From: Lama glama | Taxonomy: Eukaryota | Assembly: GCA_028534125.1 (NCBI GenBank) | Contig: CM052818.1 | Coordinates: forward strand, 37,326,001 to 37,390,000 | Direction of reading: 5' to 3' | Length of the DNA: 64,000 nucleotides | The notes under the pieces: generated by a model | The model's database searches: none | What the model was told of the DNA's origin: nothing | The model's input: only the letters and a program-made list of their open reading frames with translations | Translations under genes and position numbers: made by a program | In this document: positions 12,750 through 23,940 of the stretch, one piece after another | How the letters are laid out: each line of letters opens with the position of its first letter | How positions within the stretch are numbered: position 1 is the stretch's first letter

Positions 12750-13688
12750 TGAGACACGAAAAGAAAATGATGAGCTCAAGCAAGAACTGGGAAGTCTGTA
12801 AGTAGTGTTTGAAAACATGGGTGCCTCTGTGTCACAAAGAACAGATGCTAAAACCGTGTACATAAAGCTTTCCACAAAGCCTGCCTTTGAGGCTTTCAGC
12901 CCGATGAAGGGATAGAGCCTTGGCCGGAAAAGCAGTTCCACCTTGGTGTGCCACTAAGACGCTTTGCCTTAAATTCCCACAGGGTGTCCTCCTTAAAATG
13001 AGGGAGAGAAATGGGCTGCAACTGACTTCGCCGTGTAAGGCAGACTTTAGGGGGTGTCCAGGAAAGAACTTCGGATGAGGTTACTTGGACACGGCAGTGG
13101 CCGGTACGAAACAGATCGGAAACCTAGTTGTGGGGACATTTTAGGCCACAGGACGGGTCTGCCAAAGCTCCCAGGCTCTCAAAATTGCATGAGCTGGAAG
13201 TGTACTGAGAAAACTACGGAGCCCTCAAGGAGACATACCCTCCCGCACCCATTTCAGATGTGGGCCCAGGAGTAATGGCCAGAAAGAGCCTCCCGGAGGG
13301 CATGGCTGAGGAGCATGGAGGACAATGGGCAAGGCAGCTCATCCCAGAGGCAGAGCCGGTGAATAACCTGCTAACTTACTCCACTGCTCAGGCTGGGAGA
13401 CTTTTCAGTTGCTATCCAGCAGTATTTATTCGTGCTGTATGATCAGTGACTGCATGTGTCTGCCGTGGGAGATGTTACTGGGGTTATTCTGTTGTATACT
13501 GTGAGGGGGGGTGCAAATTGCTTTTTAGATCACTAGATGGAGTCCCAACAGGGGATATCTCTGGACCTGACGAAGAGGACTGTATATCACCTAAAGGTCT
13601 AGGATTTTGGAATAGAGGTAATACTGGAGGGGACTGTGTATTATCTCCCTTGGGGCAAAAAGTCCATGTGTGGGAGGAGAGCACAGAT
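12750..13688 (+). mobile_element. MaLR internal (MLT1-int-like) remnant
   Basis: Resembles MLT1 internal 3' sequence (cccatttcagatgtgg...ggagtaatggccagaaagagcctcccggaggg) and lies directly upstream of an MLT1-like LTR. Confidence 0.55.
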
Positions 13689-14167
13689 TGTTATAAGGCA
13701 GGCCAGAGTCACAGGCCGCAGGAGGTTGAAGGTTGTTGCCCACTTTTAGTTCTATTCTCTCTTCTTAGTCCTATAGGCACTGGCAAGAAATTGTGTTTTC
13801 CAGGTTTCTCTGAAGCTAGGTGTAACCACGTCACAAAATTCTAATTAATGTGATGTGCTATAAATACTATCTGTAACTTCTGGGTTACCTTCTTAAAGGC
13901 TCTTGCCTTGGATTTTCTACTGCCTTTCCTTCCCTCTAACTGGAAATGTGATGACTGGAACAAATCAGAAAGCTCTAAGTAGCAGAGCTGCCTCGCTAGC
14001 CTGGGGGGCTGGGGGACTTAGTGGAGCAGAGATATCCTGTCTGCACTGGATAGTTACGTGGGAGAGGGGAAACAAGTCTACTTCATTTGAACCAATAATT
14101 TTGGTGTCTCCCTGTAAAAAATTTTAAAATAAAAGCAGCTTAGTGTTCATTGTAATTCAGATGAACA
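13689..14167 (+). mobile_element. MLT1 (H/J-like) LTR
   Basis: MLT1 motifs ccaggtttctctgaagctaggtgtaaccacgtcacaaaattct and ttgaaccaataattttggtgtctc...gcagcttag. Confidence 0.65.
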
Positions 14168-15739
14168 TTTCACAAGTCTCCATAATCAACGTCATATCAT
14201 TTTAAAAGAAGTAACTCTACTGAAGACCATATCCAGAGAGGGAGAGGGACACGGGAAATCTGCCTACGGGCGTATCCAAAGAGGAAGGCTAAAAATTGGA
14301 CACAGATATTACATATTTTATAAAGAGATAATGTGTAATTATGTAGCCATGTATATATATAGCTGCATAATTATTTGTTATATTGTTTAGTTATTCATGA
14401 ATAGAGTCAGAGACACATATAATTAGTGGGTAGCTTGGTGGGAAAGAAGTAATTTTTTAATACTAATGTTTTAATATAACTGTCTGATATCTGGGCACTG
14501 AGAGCAACTGGGATTTCCAGAAGACTTCCCTTGGGGGTGCTAAAAGATACGGAATAAAAAGATATATTCCCAGATCAAGTAAGTAGTGAATGCTGCATAA
14601 ACCAAGCTGAATAAACTTTTTTAAAGGGAGGGCTTTGTATGGTTTTCTGTATGTTAATCTGTACAGTGTGTCTCCAAGAGAGAAGTCCTTTCCTAGGGAA
14701 TATGTAATAGGACCAAGTCTCCATAGCATAGGGTATATGCAGTGCTGCTTTAAACGAACTAGTGAAGCCATCTCGAGATACTCTGGGTTAAATGAGCTGA
14801 AAGTACCCATCATGCTAATCCTGCCTCTTCTCAGCACTCTTTTATGCTCACTCCCTTACTCCTGGGATACAGCCAAGCTTTCTCAGACTGACGCCCAGTG
14901 CTGGCAGAAGCTGAGATCTCTTCACTGAGCCATCTATGACCATGGATTATAGCTTCCTTATAAAAGGAACCATGAGCACCATTTCAAGCCATCCTCCCCA
15001 CCCCTTGTGGAATTTTAGCCTGCCTGGACCACTGCATGTAAAAATTACAAATTTACTAAACCCAATGAATTGTTATTTACATTAATGAAAAAATTTATAA
15101 ACATGGTTGCAAACTGTGAATGACAGTGGTTTGGTTTAGGAGGAACCATCAGTCATGTGGCTGGTCTTTGTTTTGGAGTCTTAGGTCCCTATGACAAAGC
15201 TGTAGCTGGATCTTGAAAATGAAGTGACTGGTTGATACCTGATCCCAAGAACAAGAGTGTGCAAGGGATGGATGCTCGAGAATGTTACCTTTCCAGTGAT
15301 ACTGTGAGAAAGTTGGCTTTTCTTCAGAAATTTCAGCATTTCCTTAGGGAAAATGTAGTTATTAAATCATGAATGAAATCAGAAGACAAATCCACTGAGG
15401 ATGAGGAGGGAAGAAAATGCCTCGAGTCTTCAGTACAAAAGAGAAAGGGAAAGAGCCAGAGATGCAGGAAGGGACTGTACCAGATTGCTGCTGGGGAGGA
15501 ACCCAGGAATGAACAATGAAGCCCAGACTCTTCCCCTGGCTTCTTATGGCTCAGAACCATCTGCATGAAAGGAACAGAAAGCATCATGAAATAACAAAGA
15601 CAGCAAGGGAAGGAGGAATTCCAGGGGGAACCTAACTCAAAGGAAACATGCTTGTATAGCAACCCTTGCTATTTTTGTGGTGCCCTCCACTGTGCAAACG
15701 TACAACCTATTGTTGAGGTCATGGGCCTCCTTACCCACC

Positions 15740-16100
15740 ACCCAACTCTGGAAATGTGGGCAAGGGGCTAAATTTCTCAGCTAAGCCATCTGTGAAATGG
15801 GATGTGGTTTGTACCATCGGCATTTCTATGGGGATATCATAAGGATAAAATTAAGAAATACACGTAAAACACTAGGCACATAATGATCAATCAGTAAATG
15901 TTAATTATTTTTTTGTATTTACAAATGTTTACACCCTTATCACACATTTTTTTTCAGAGTACCACTGTGGTATCATTACCTCCTCCATTTAGATAACTAC
16001 ACTGATGATCAGAAAGGTTAACCTGATCTAAATCATACAACTTCCAGAGAGAACTCAAATGTGGGTTTCTGAATTGTGAGTCCAATGTTTTTCTTCTCCT
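15740..16100. mobile_element. Two adjacent MIR fragments in opposite orientation
   Basis: MIR core catctgtgaaatggg and tail ggcacataatgatcaatcagtaaatgtt (+), then ccatttagataactacactgatgatcagaaaggttaa (-). Confidence 0.55.
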
Positions 16101-16989
16101 CTACGACACCATAGCCGTATTCAGAATGAAAGAATATGATTAATTCAGTGATCTAAGTTAAAGGTTGTTGGGATTGTTATCCATAATGTTTGTTTTTAGT
16201 TTTAAACAAATCTTTGTAGTACAAAGCTCTAGGTTAGGCACCCTACCGGGGTGTTGATTGTATCTAAAATCCCCACATTAGAGTGACCCTCCTGATAGTC
16301 TAATTCACAGACAAGTGCTCAGGCTGAGACACTTAATTTTCTGCAGTGTGGTTGGTTGCAAAACTGACATCTGAAAAGAGAAAATTGCATTTATAAGTTT
16401 TTAACTCTGTCTTACTCAAGTGAAATCTATGAATCCCAAACGCCAGTGTTTTGCTTAGATTAATAAAAATCTGCAATATTAATCACCAAGTGAAATGACT
16501 TTGTTAGCAATATGAGGGCATTGCAGAAATAACTTTAGTTTCCTTGTATTAAAATTTAAATACATCAAAATATATCTAACATTCAGAAAAGTAGAAATCT
16601 ATAATCAACTTCCAAATAGATACCCCAGATTAAAAGCTCTGCTCATCATGGTCTTTCAGGGACTCAGGCTGACGGAGGCTCCAATTTGACACAAACTTCC
16701 TTGATGGCCAAGGCATGAAAAAGAGAACAAGGCAAACAATTTGACATATCTTGATACTTCTGCTCACATTTCATTGGCTTTGGCCAAGTCGCTAGGCCAA
16801 CAAGGCCACCACCAAATCATAGACGTAGAGAAATGCAGTCTTACCATTTGCATAGGAGGAGGAGAAACATATTTGGGAATGTCCTTAGGTAAGGACTACC
16901 AAAAGCAACAACCTTATTTTACCTTAATAAACCACAATTACTTAACCCAGTCAACACTTTCTTTTTTTTTTTTTTTCTTTCTCTTTGGT

Positions 16990-18120
16990 GATGTGTTCAA
17001 CTTCTACTGCCCTGGAGAAATCACTGTGCCCCCTGGCAAAGGCATTCCTTGGTGTTAAGTTCTCTAAAACAACAGCACATAGAATCACTGAATGCAAAGC
17101 AAAAAAAATGTGTCCGCTCACTATGTGCAGCAATGAGAGGTGTCACTCCCATTTCCGTCCCTGGCTCTCAGACTCCTGTATTCAGGCCTTGGGAGAAGCA
17201 GCACTATCCATCTGGTAGGAGAGAAGGACTGTTTTACAAGGTGGTGCCTTTCAGCTGATAATGCAAATGAGTGTGCAATTGGCCATCCCACTGTTCTTTA
17301 AGGCCAATTACTAGTGTGTGATGGGACACATGGCAGGGCCAGTGAATGCCATGAGTTTTAGCTCATCACCTTGCTTCGTCTTCCATGAAATAAGATCCCT
17401 TTCAAATGCATTGCAGTATGGAGTAGTAAGAGGTAAAAAAAAAGAGGCATTTTTCTTTTGTCAAGTCTCCTGGGAAACAGACTGAGACAACTCTGTATGG
17501 GTGGTTTCCTGGAGTGTGTTCTCTAGAACATTTGTTTAGGGAATGAGGAAGAAGGATTACGCAGGGAGAGAAATTCAACTGAAATGCAGAGGAGGCCTCA
17601 GCCTCTTCTTCAGGGAGTTCCAGAACTGGGATGGCCTTTGTATCTCTGCCTCAGCCTGTCCTTGGATGTGGGCTACACCAAGGAAGAGGTATACACTCAA
17701 ACAAGGCAGATCTTTTGACTAGGAGTAATTTCCAGAAAGATTATTAGCAGTGAGTTGACAATAGCCAACCCTCCAGAATCCGGTAGAATGAGGCAGTTAG
17801 CTCACCGCAGCTTTCCTATGACATTCAGTAAGATCTCACGTGATATTGTGGGGGAGAAACAGGATAGGCAGAGAAAGCAGACGCAGTGCAGAATAAGCAA
17901 ATCTTGTTTGAGTGAAGACAAATTGCTACGCCCCACTTCCACGATGAGAGGGTACCAGGTAATCAGTCTGCCTCTTACTGGCTGCTAGTATCTGCAGGTG
18001 TGTTTACCACTGCTGCATGTACCTGTGACCACTCAGCTGGGCAGGAGCCCTTCTAGCCACGACGTGGGCAAGTCCATATTGTTTGGTGCATGTATGACTC
18101 CCACCTGGCCACCATGGATA
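16990..18120 (-). mobile_element. ERVL internal remnant (integrase), split by an LTR16-like solo LTR
   Basis: Minus-strand translation gives degenerate ERVL integrase motifs in the expected order: HGG..QYGL, WQ.DY, F.F...YS, LTE|CL, HGIHW..HV.HH....GL.E.W.G.L.T.L..QL...TL. Confidence 0.8.
17452..17820 (-). mobile_element. LTR16-like ERVL solo LTR
   Basis: cctgggaaacagactgagac...gagtgtgttct...gaggcctcagcc...gggagttccagaactgggatggcc is typical of antisense LTR16; flanked by gcatt (17447-17451) and acatt (17821-17825). Confidence 0.75.
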
Positions 18121-18479
18121 GTCAGTTAAGATTATATTTTTTGTTCTTTAACTTATTAATATTATCTGCATTGTTAATTTTTTTCTGATGTTGTACGAGC
18201 CTTACATTCTTAAGAAAATCTTTTCTTGGGCAAAATTAAATCTAGACACGTTGCTAGATTTGATTTGCCAATATTGTATTAGGATTTTTCCATCTATGTT
18301 CATAAGTGTGATAGGGCTATAATTATCTAGTTCTCTACTTATCTAATTTTGGTGTCAAGATTAAATCAGTCTCATAAAAGAAGTTGGGTTTTTTTTTTAA
18401 CCTTTTTCTTTTCTTTGAAACTGGTTTGAAGGATTATCTCTTCACTGCAGTTTAGAGAAAATTTACCAGTAAAATGCTT

Positions 18480-18990
18480 TTACCTATCTGACCTTCCCTT
18501 CTACTGCCCTCTCCTTTTCAGTTCCTTCCTCTCCAGTATCACCAGCTCCTTTGTTGTGCCTGGAATATTCTTAGAGCTGGTTTGCACTGGAATTCTACTC
18601 TTGCTCTTCCCTCTAACAGGAATGCTCTTTCCCCAGATACCAACATGGCTGGATTCTTCCCTCCTGAACCTTCCTCAGGGACATCTACCTGACCTTCAAA
18701 AAAGTATCAGGCAAACCACTCTCACACCCATTTGCTTCTTCCCACCCCTGTCCAGAACTTCTGTCTCTCTTACCATGTTCTATTTTTTTCATTGTCTTTA
18801 TTACCTTCTAGCATACAATTCTTATGATTTTTATAGTTTATTTTTGTGTCCCCTTACTAGAATTTCAACTCCTTAAAGACAGCAATTTTTCTTGTTTGGT
18901 TTTGTTCACTGATGAACCCAAATGCCTAGAATAGTGTCTGACAAGTAGTAGTGTCTCAATAAATATGTGTTGAATGAATGATCTGTTGAA
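18480..18990 (+). mobile_element. LINE-2 (L2a) 3' end
   Basis: Tail aatgcctagaatagtgtctgacaagtagtagtgtctcaataaatatgtgttgaatgaatg. Confidence 0.8.
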
Positions 18991-19082
18991 TAAATGGTGA
19001 CAGTGACCTTAGGAGGATGGAATTTTTGTAGCCACCAATCTAATTTCTGAGCTAGTTTTTGCTTTGTAAATAATTTAGGGCT

Positions 19083-20450
19083 TACACAATGGGAAAAGAG
19101 TAGTCTCTCCATTAAATGGTACTGGGAAAACTGGTAGTCTACATTCAAAAGAATGAAACTGACTCCTTTCTTACATATTACATAAATATTAACTCAAAAT
19201 GGGTTACAGACTTAAATGTAAGATCCCAAACCATAAAACTCATAGAAGAAAACATAGAGAAAAATCTCCTTGACATTGATCTTTGCAATTATTATTATTT
19301 TTTTTTGGATAGGACATCAAAAGCACAGGCCCCCCAAATAACAATAAACAAGTAGGACTGCATCAAACTATAAAGCTCCTATACAGCAAAAGAAAAAAAA
19401 ATCGACTATATGGAAAGGTAATCTGTGGAATGGGAGAAAATATTTGCAGACTACATATCTGATAAGGGGTTAATATCCATAGTATATAAAGAACTCTTAA
19501 TACCAATAAAATAATGCAATTAAAATGGGCAAAGGATCTTAATAGACTTTTTTTTTCCCCAGAGAAGACATACAAATGCCCAGAAGATATATGTAAAGGT
19601 GATCAACATCACAAATCATCAGGCAAATGCAAACAGAACCACAAAGGATATTACCTCGCACCTATTAGTATGGCTGTTAGCAAAAAGCCAAGGGCTAAGT
19701 GTTCGTGAGGGTGTGGAGAAAAGGAAACAAACACTATTGGTGGGGATTTGGAATAGCCATATGAAAGACAACATGGAGGCTGCTCAGAAAATTATAAGTA
19801 GAACAATGGTAGGAGCCAGCATCTCCCTTTTGGTCATATGTCCAAAAGAAATGAACACAGTATCTCAAAGAGGCAGCCGCAGTTCCACGTTCAGTGCAAT
19901 ATTCACGTGAGCTAAGCTATGAAACAAACTAAGTGCTTGTCGATGGATGAACGGATAAAGAAAATGTGACTGTATATGCAATGGAAAATGATCAGCCATA
20001 AAAAAGAAGAGAAGCCTGTTATTTGTGACAGCATGGTTGAATCTGGAGGATATTATGGCAAACGGAGTAAGTCAGACACAGAAAGACAAATACTGTGTAA
20101 TCTCACTTATATGTGGAAAGTAAAAATGTTGAACTCAGACCCAGAGCAGAGGATAGTGGCTGCCAGAGGCTGGGGTGTGCAAGAAACAGGAAGTTGTTCA
20201 AAAACTACAAACTTTCAGTTATAGGATAAAAAGTCCTGGGGACCTAATGTACAGCATGGTGATTTCTCTTAATAGTATTGTACTAGATACTTGAAATTTG
20301 CTAAGAGAGTAGATCTTAAGTGTTCTCAACACACACCCACAACACATGGTAACTATGTGAGGTGATAGATGTGTTAAATTAGCTTGATTGTGGCAATCAT
20401 TTCACAGTGTGTACTTTCATTAGGGCACTATTTGTATACCTTTAGAAATA
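19083..20450 (+). mobile_element. L1 (L1MA8/9-like) ORF2 3' part and 3'UTR
   Basis: ORF2 remnants (NSKWVTDLNVRSQTIKLIEENI; KWAKDLNR) and L1MA-type 3'UTR (cttgaaatttgctaagagagtagatcttaagtgttctca...ggtaactatgtgaggtgatagatgtgttaa). Confidence 0.9.
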
Positions 20451-21349
20451 CAGCTTGTTAGCACCCTGGGAGGGGCAGAGGTTAGGTTTTCTTTTCCTTC
20501 TTAAGTCAGTTCTTGTCATTTATACTTTTCCATGACACTCCTGTTCCTCTGAGTTGTGAAATACATTGACAAATGCTCAAATTAATTTTATAAGACTTTT
20601 AAAATATATAGTCATACCTTGCTTTTTTCATTCCTGATTTCTCTCCTTCCCCCATCCCCTATTCTTTGATCAGTCTTATTTCAGGATAGTCTATTTTGTG
20701 ACTGTTTTCAAAGAATCAGCTTCAAATTTGCTGATTGTCTCTAATTTTCTGTTTTTTTTTTATTCATGTTTTTATCTACGTTGATTCCTTTCTTCTACAT
20801 TCTTTTGGTTTATACCATTTCTCTAGCTTCTTTAATACGTAACTCATTTATTTTTAATGGTGTTTTTAAAGATGTGCTATTAATACTATAATGGATCTCT
20901 TGTTCCACTTACGCTACATCTCATGTGTTGTCACTGGACTCTAAATATTTTATGCATTTCATTGTGTTTTCCTCCCAAATCCATTAGTCATTTAAAAGTA
21001 TATAAGATTTTTAGGGGACTATCACTTACTACTGATTCCTAATTTTTTGTCCTTTGGACAGAGATCATATCCAATGTGGTATCAATTATTAGAACTGTTT
21101 TAAGGGTCATTGTATGGTCTAATGTTGAACCATATTGAAATTTTCTAAGTATTTGTTGTATACCACAGTTCTTTGTAGATCAGTCTTACTAATTCTGTTG
21201 CTCTTTATTTATGTTTAGTTTTTCTGGTAGGAAAAACTAATAGAAATGTGACAAATCTGCCACAATGTTTTGGTCAATTTCATCTTTAACTGTGTCAGTT
21301 TTTACCTAATAATACTTGGGAAATGCTGAAAGAGCAAAATTCTTTAAAA

Positions 21350-22015
21350 TTTTTTATTGAAAAAATTTTATATTTATTATAAAATATTAGCTATATTCTC
21401 TGTGTGTGCTGTACAACATATCCTTGTGGTTTCTTTATTTTTCATAAAGTAGTTTGCATTTCTCAATCCCCTGCTCCTGTATTGCCCTTCCCTCCTCCCC
21501 TGTCCCCACTGGTAAGCACTAGTTTGTTCTCTATGTCTTGGAGTTTGCTCCTTTTTTGTTACATTCACTAGTTTATTTTATTTTTTAGATTCCACATATA
21601 AGTGATAACATACAGTATTTGTCTTTCTCTGACTTATTTCACCAAGCATAATACCCTCCAAGTCTATCCATGTTGCAAATGCCAAAATATCATTCCTTTT
21701 TTATGGCTGAGTGGTATTCATTGTATTAGATATATACACATACCACACCTTCTTTATCTATTTCTCTGTTGGCGGACACTGGCGGACACTTAGGTCGCTT
21801 CCAAATCTTGGCTATTGTAAGTAATGCTGGTATGAGCACAAGGGTTACATGCATCTTTTCAAATTAGTTTTTTCATTTTCTTCGAATATATGCCCAGGAG
21901 TAGAATTGCTGAATCATATGGTAACTTTGTTTTTAGTTTTTTGAGGAAACTCGTTACTGTTTTCCACAGTGGCTGCACCAATTTGCATTCCCACTGACAG
22001 TGTGCATGGTTTCCC
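21350..22015 (-). mobile_element. Younger L1 3' fragment nested in older L1M sequence
   Basis: Antisense L1 3'UTR and ORF2 end (ttttagattccacatataagtgat...gacttatttcaccaagcataataccctcc...ggctgcaccaatttgcattcccac); contains a 10-bp tandem duplication ggcggacact at 21771-21790. Confidence 0.88.
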
Positions 22016-22869
22016 TAGCACCTGGTTTCTTGATTGTTATATACTATTGTGTTTTCCATTTATTATGAGTTAGTGTTCTTCCTTATTTCTAGTGATATTT
22101 TATAGTATAGTGTAGTATTTTTTCTCTTTTTTTCATTTTCAATTCAAATGCTACTAACTTTTCTGTACTTTTCCTATTATATTTAAATATCTCATGTACA
22201 CTCATAACTATTACTTGTTAAGTTATAGTTATCATGTCTATGATAAGTATATATTATATCTTTATCCTCTTCCAAGTAAGGCAAAAAACTTTGCACTTTT
22301 ACCCACTGAATAACCCTCATAATTCTTACCATTGCAATGTAGATTATCACAAAACCCACACTTTTATCATAAAATAGTTACTGTTACAATGTTTACCCTC
22401 AAACATTAATTAGAATTACTTGCATATTTTACCATTTCTGTGCTAGTCATTTTTCCTTCTAATCCCCATTCCTACGTTTGTTTTCCTTTCTACTAAAAAG
22501 CATCAATTAATTGTGGTTTCTGTGAAAGTCTGTGGGTGGAATAATTCCTTTTGTATTTGTATGCATTAGCAAGTTCTTATTTAACCCCAGCTCTTGAATA
22601 AAAGTTTGGCTGGACATGGAATTTTAGATTGATAATTAATTTTCTTCAGGTTACTTCTTTCCAGTTCCTTTGTGTCAAGCATCAGTGTAGCCAAAGTCTG
22701 CTGTGAGTTTGTCTTTCTATTGAGTTAAAAATGTCTTTTCTCTCTGATACCCTTTCATGTTCTCTTTAATATTCTGAAGTTTTACTAACAAGTATTGGAA
22801 TGTCGATTCATGTCTATTCGTCCTTAGAGTTTCCATCGCTCTTCCAACATTGTATGTTGTCCAATTTTT

Positions 22870-23940
22870 CTTTTAGAGCCCCTAACACATTAATCTTAGT
22901 TATTTGAGATTCTCTGTCTGATGATCTGCAAATCTGTGTCATAGCTAATGCTGGTTCTGACGTTTGCTTTGCTTCTTCAGATGGTGTGTGTGTGTGTGTT
23001 TGTCTTTCTGCATGCGTTGTAATTTTTTTTTTTTGTTGTTGAAAGCCAGACACAATGTACTGGGTAGTAGGAACTGAGGTTATAGGCTGTAGTGTAAGAG
23101 TTTATGTTAGTCTGGCCAGGTGTTGGCTGTGTTTAATGTTTGCTGTGGCTGTAGGTGCTCAAGCCTCAAATGACTGTACTGTCCTTGTTTTTTGTCTCCT
23201 CTCCTGACTTTGGGATTTGCTAAGTACTTTTTCTTTGATAGAATCTATGTCTTAACGGCTCTTTCCATGATAATCCACTGTTGTTACACTGGAGCCCTGT
23301 TGACATGGTCAAGTGGGGCACTCTGCAGTATTATGATTAAATCTTACTCTTTTAATCAGCCTATGTCTGTCTCTGGGCTGTGACTGTTCCCAGTGTTTCT
23401 GAGCTCCCCCTCTTACCTAAAACAGGAAGGGCAGATGGAGTGGGAGTATCAGAAACGCCCTTCCCAGAGGCGGGCTGTGGCTCTGGGAAACATCACTCCT
23501 CCTAATGTAGACATTTTTTTGTGGAGAATGCTCTCGCTACCTTTCACGATGACTAATCTTTTCTCCCGACAGAGCCAACAGGGATCTTTCTAGGCTCTTC
23601 TCCGTGAGCAGCTGATGGGGTTTCTGGAGACAAAGCCCATGACACTGTGGGCCACCCCCAACCCTGGGTCCCTGCCCCAGAGATCCTCGCTCTTCCACCA
23701 GTCCGCACTTGGTCTTCACCTGGTCCTGCCAGTGCATCGCTCTGGTGGCTTCTGCTCCAGGTAAGCAGGTCTGGGTTCCTGTGACTCTCGATTGATCTAC
23801 AGATTTCAGGGTGGAGGTTTGCCCTGCAGCCCAATTGATGGGCCCAAGAGAAGTGTTGATTTTCTGTTGGTTCAGCATTTTTGTTGTTGAAAGGATGGGA
23901 AGTGACAACTTCTAAGCTCTTTACATGTGAGAGCTAAAGT
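22870..23940 (-). mobile_element. Old L1M 5'UTR/ORF1-region fragment
   Basis: Antisense L1M 5'/ORF1 hallmarks (gaaagccagacacaatgtactgggtagtaggaactgagg; tgggcccaagagaagtgttgattttctgttggttcagcatttt...gtgacaacttctaagctctttacat). Confidence 0.7.
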
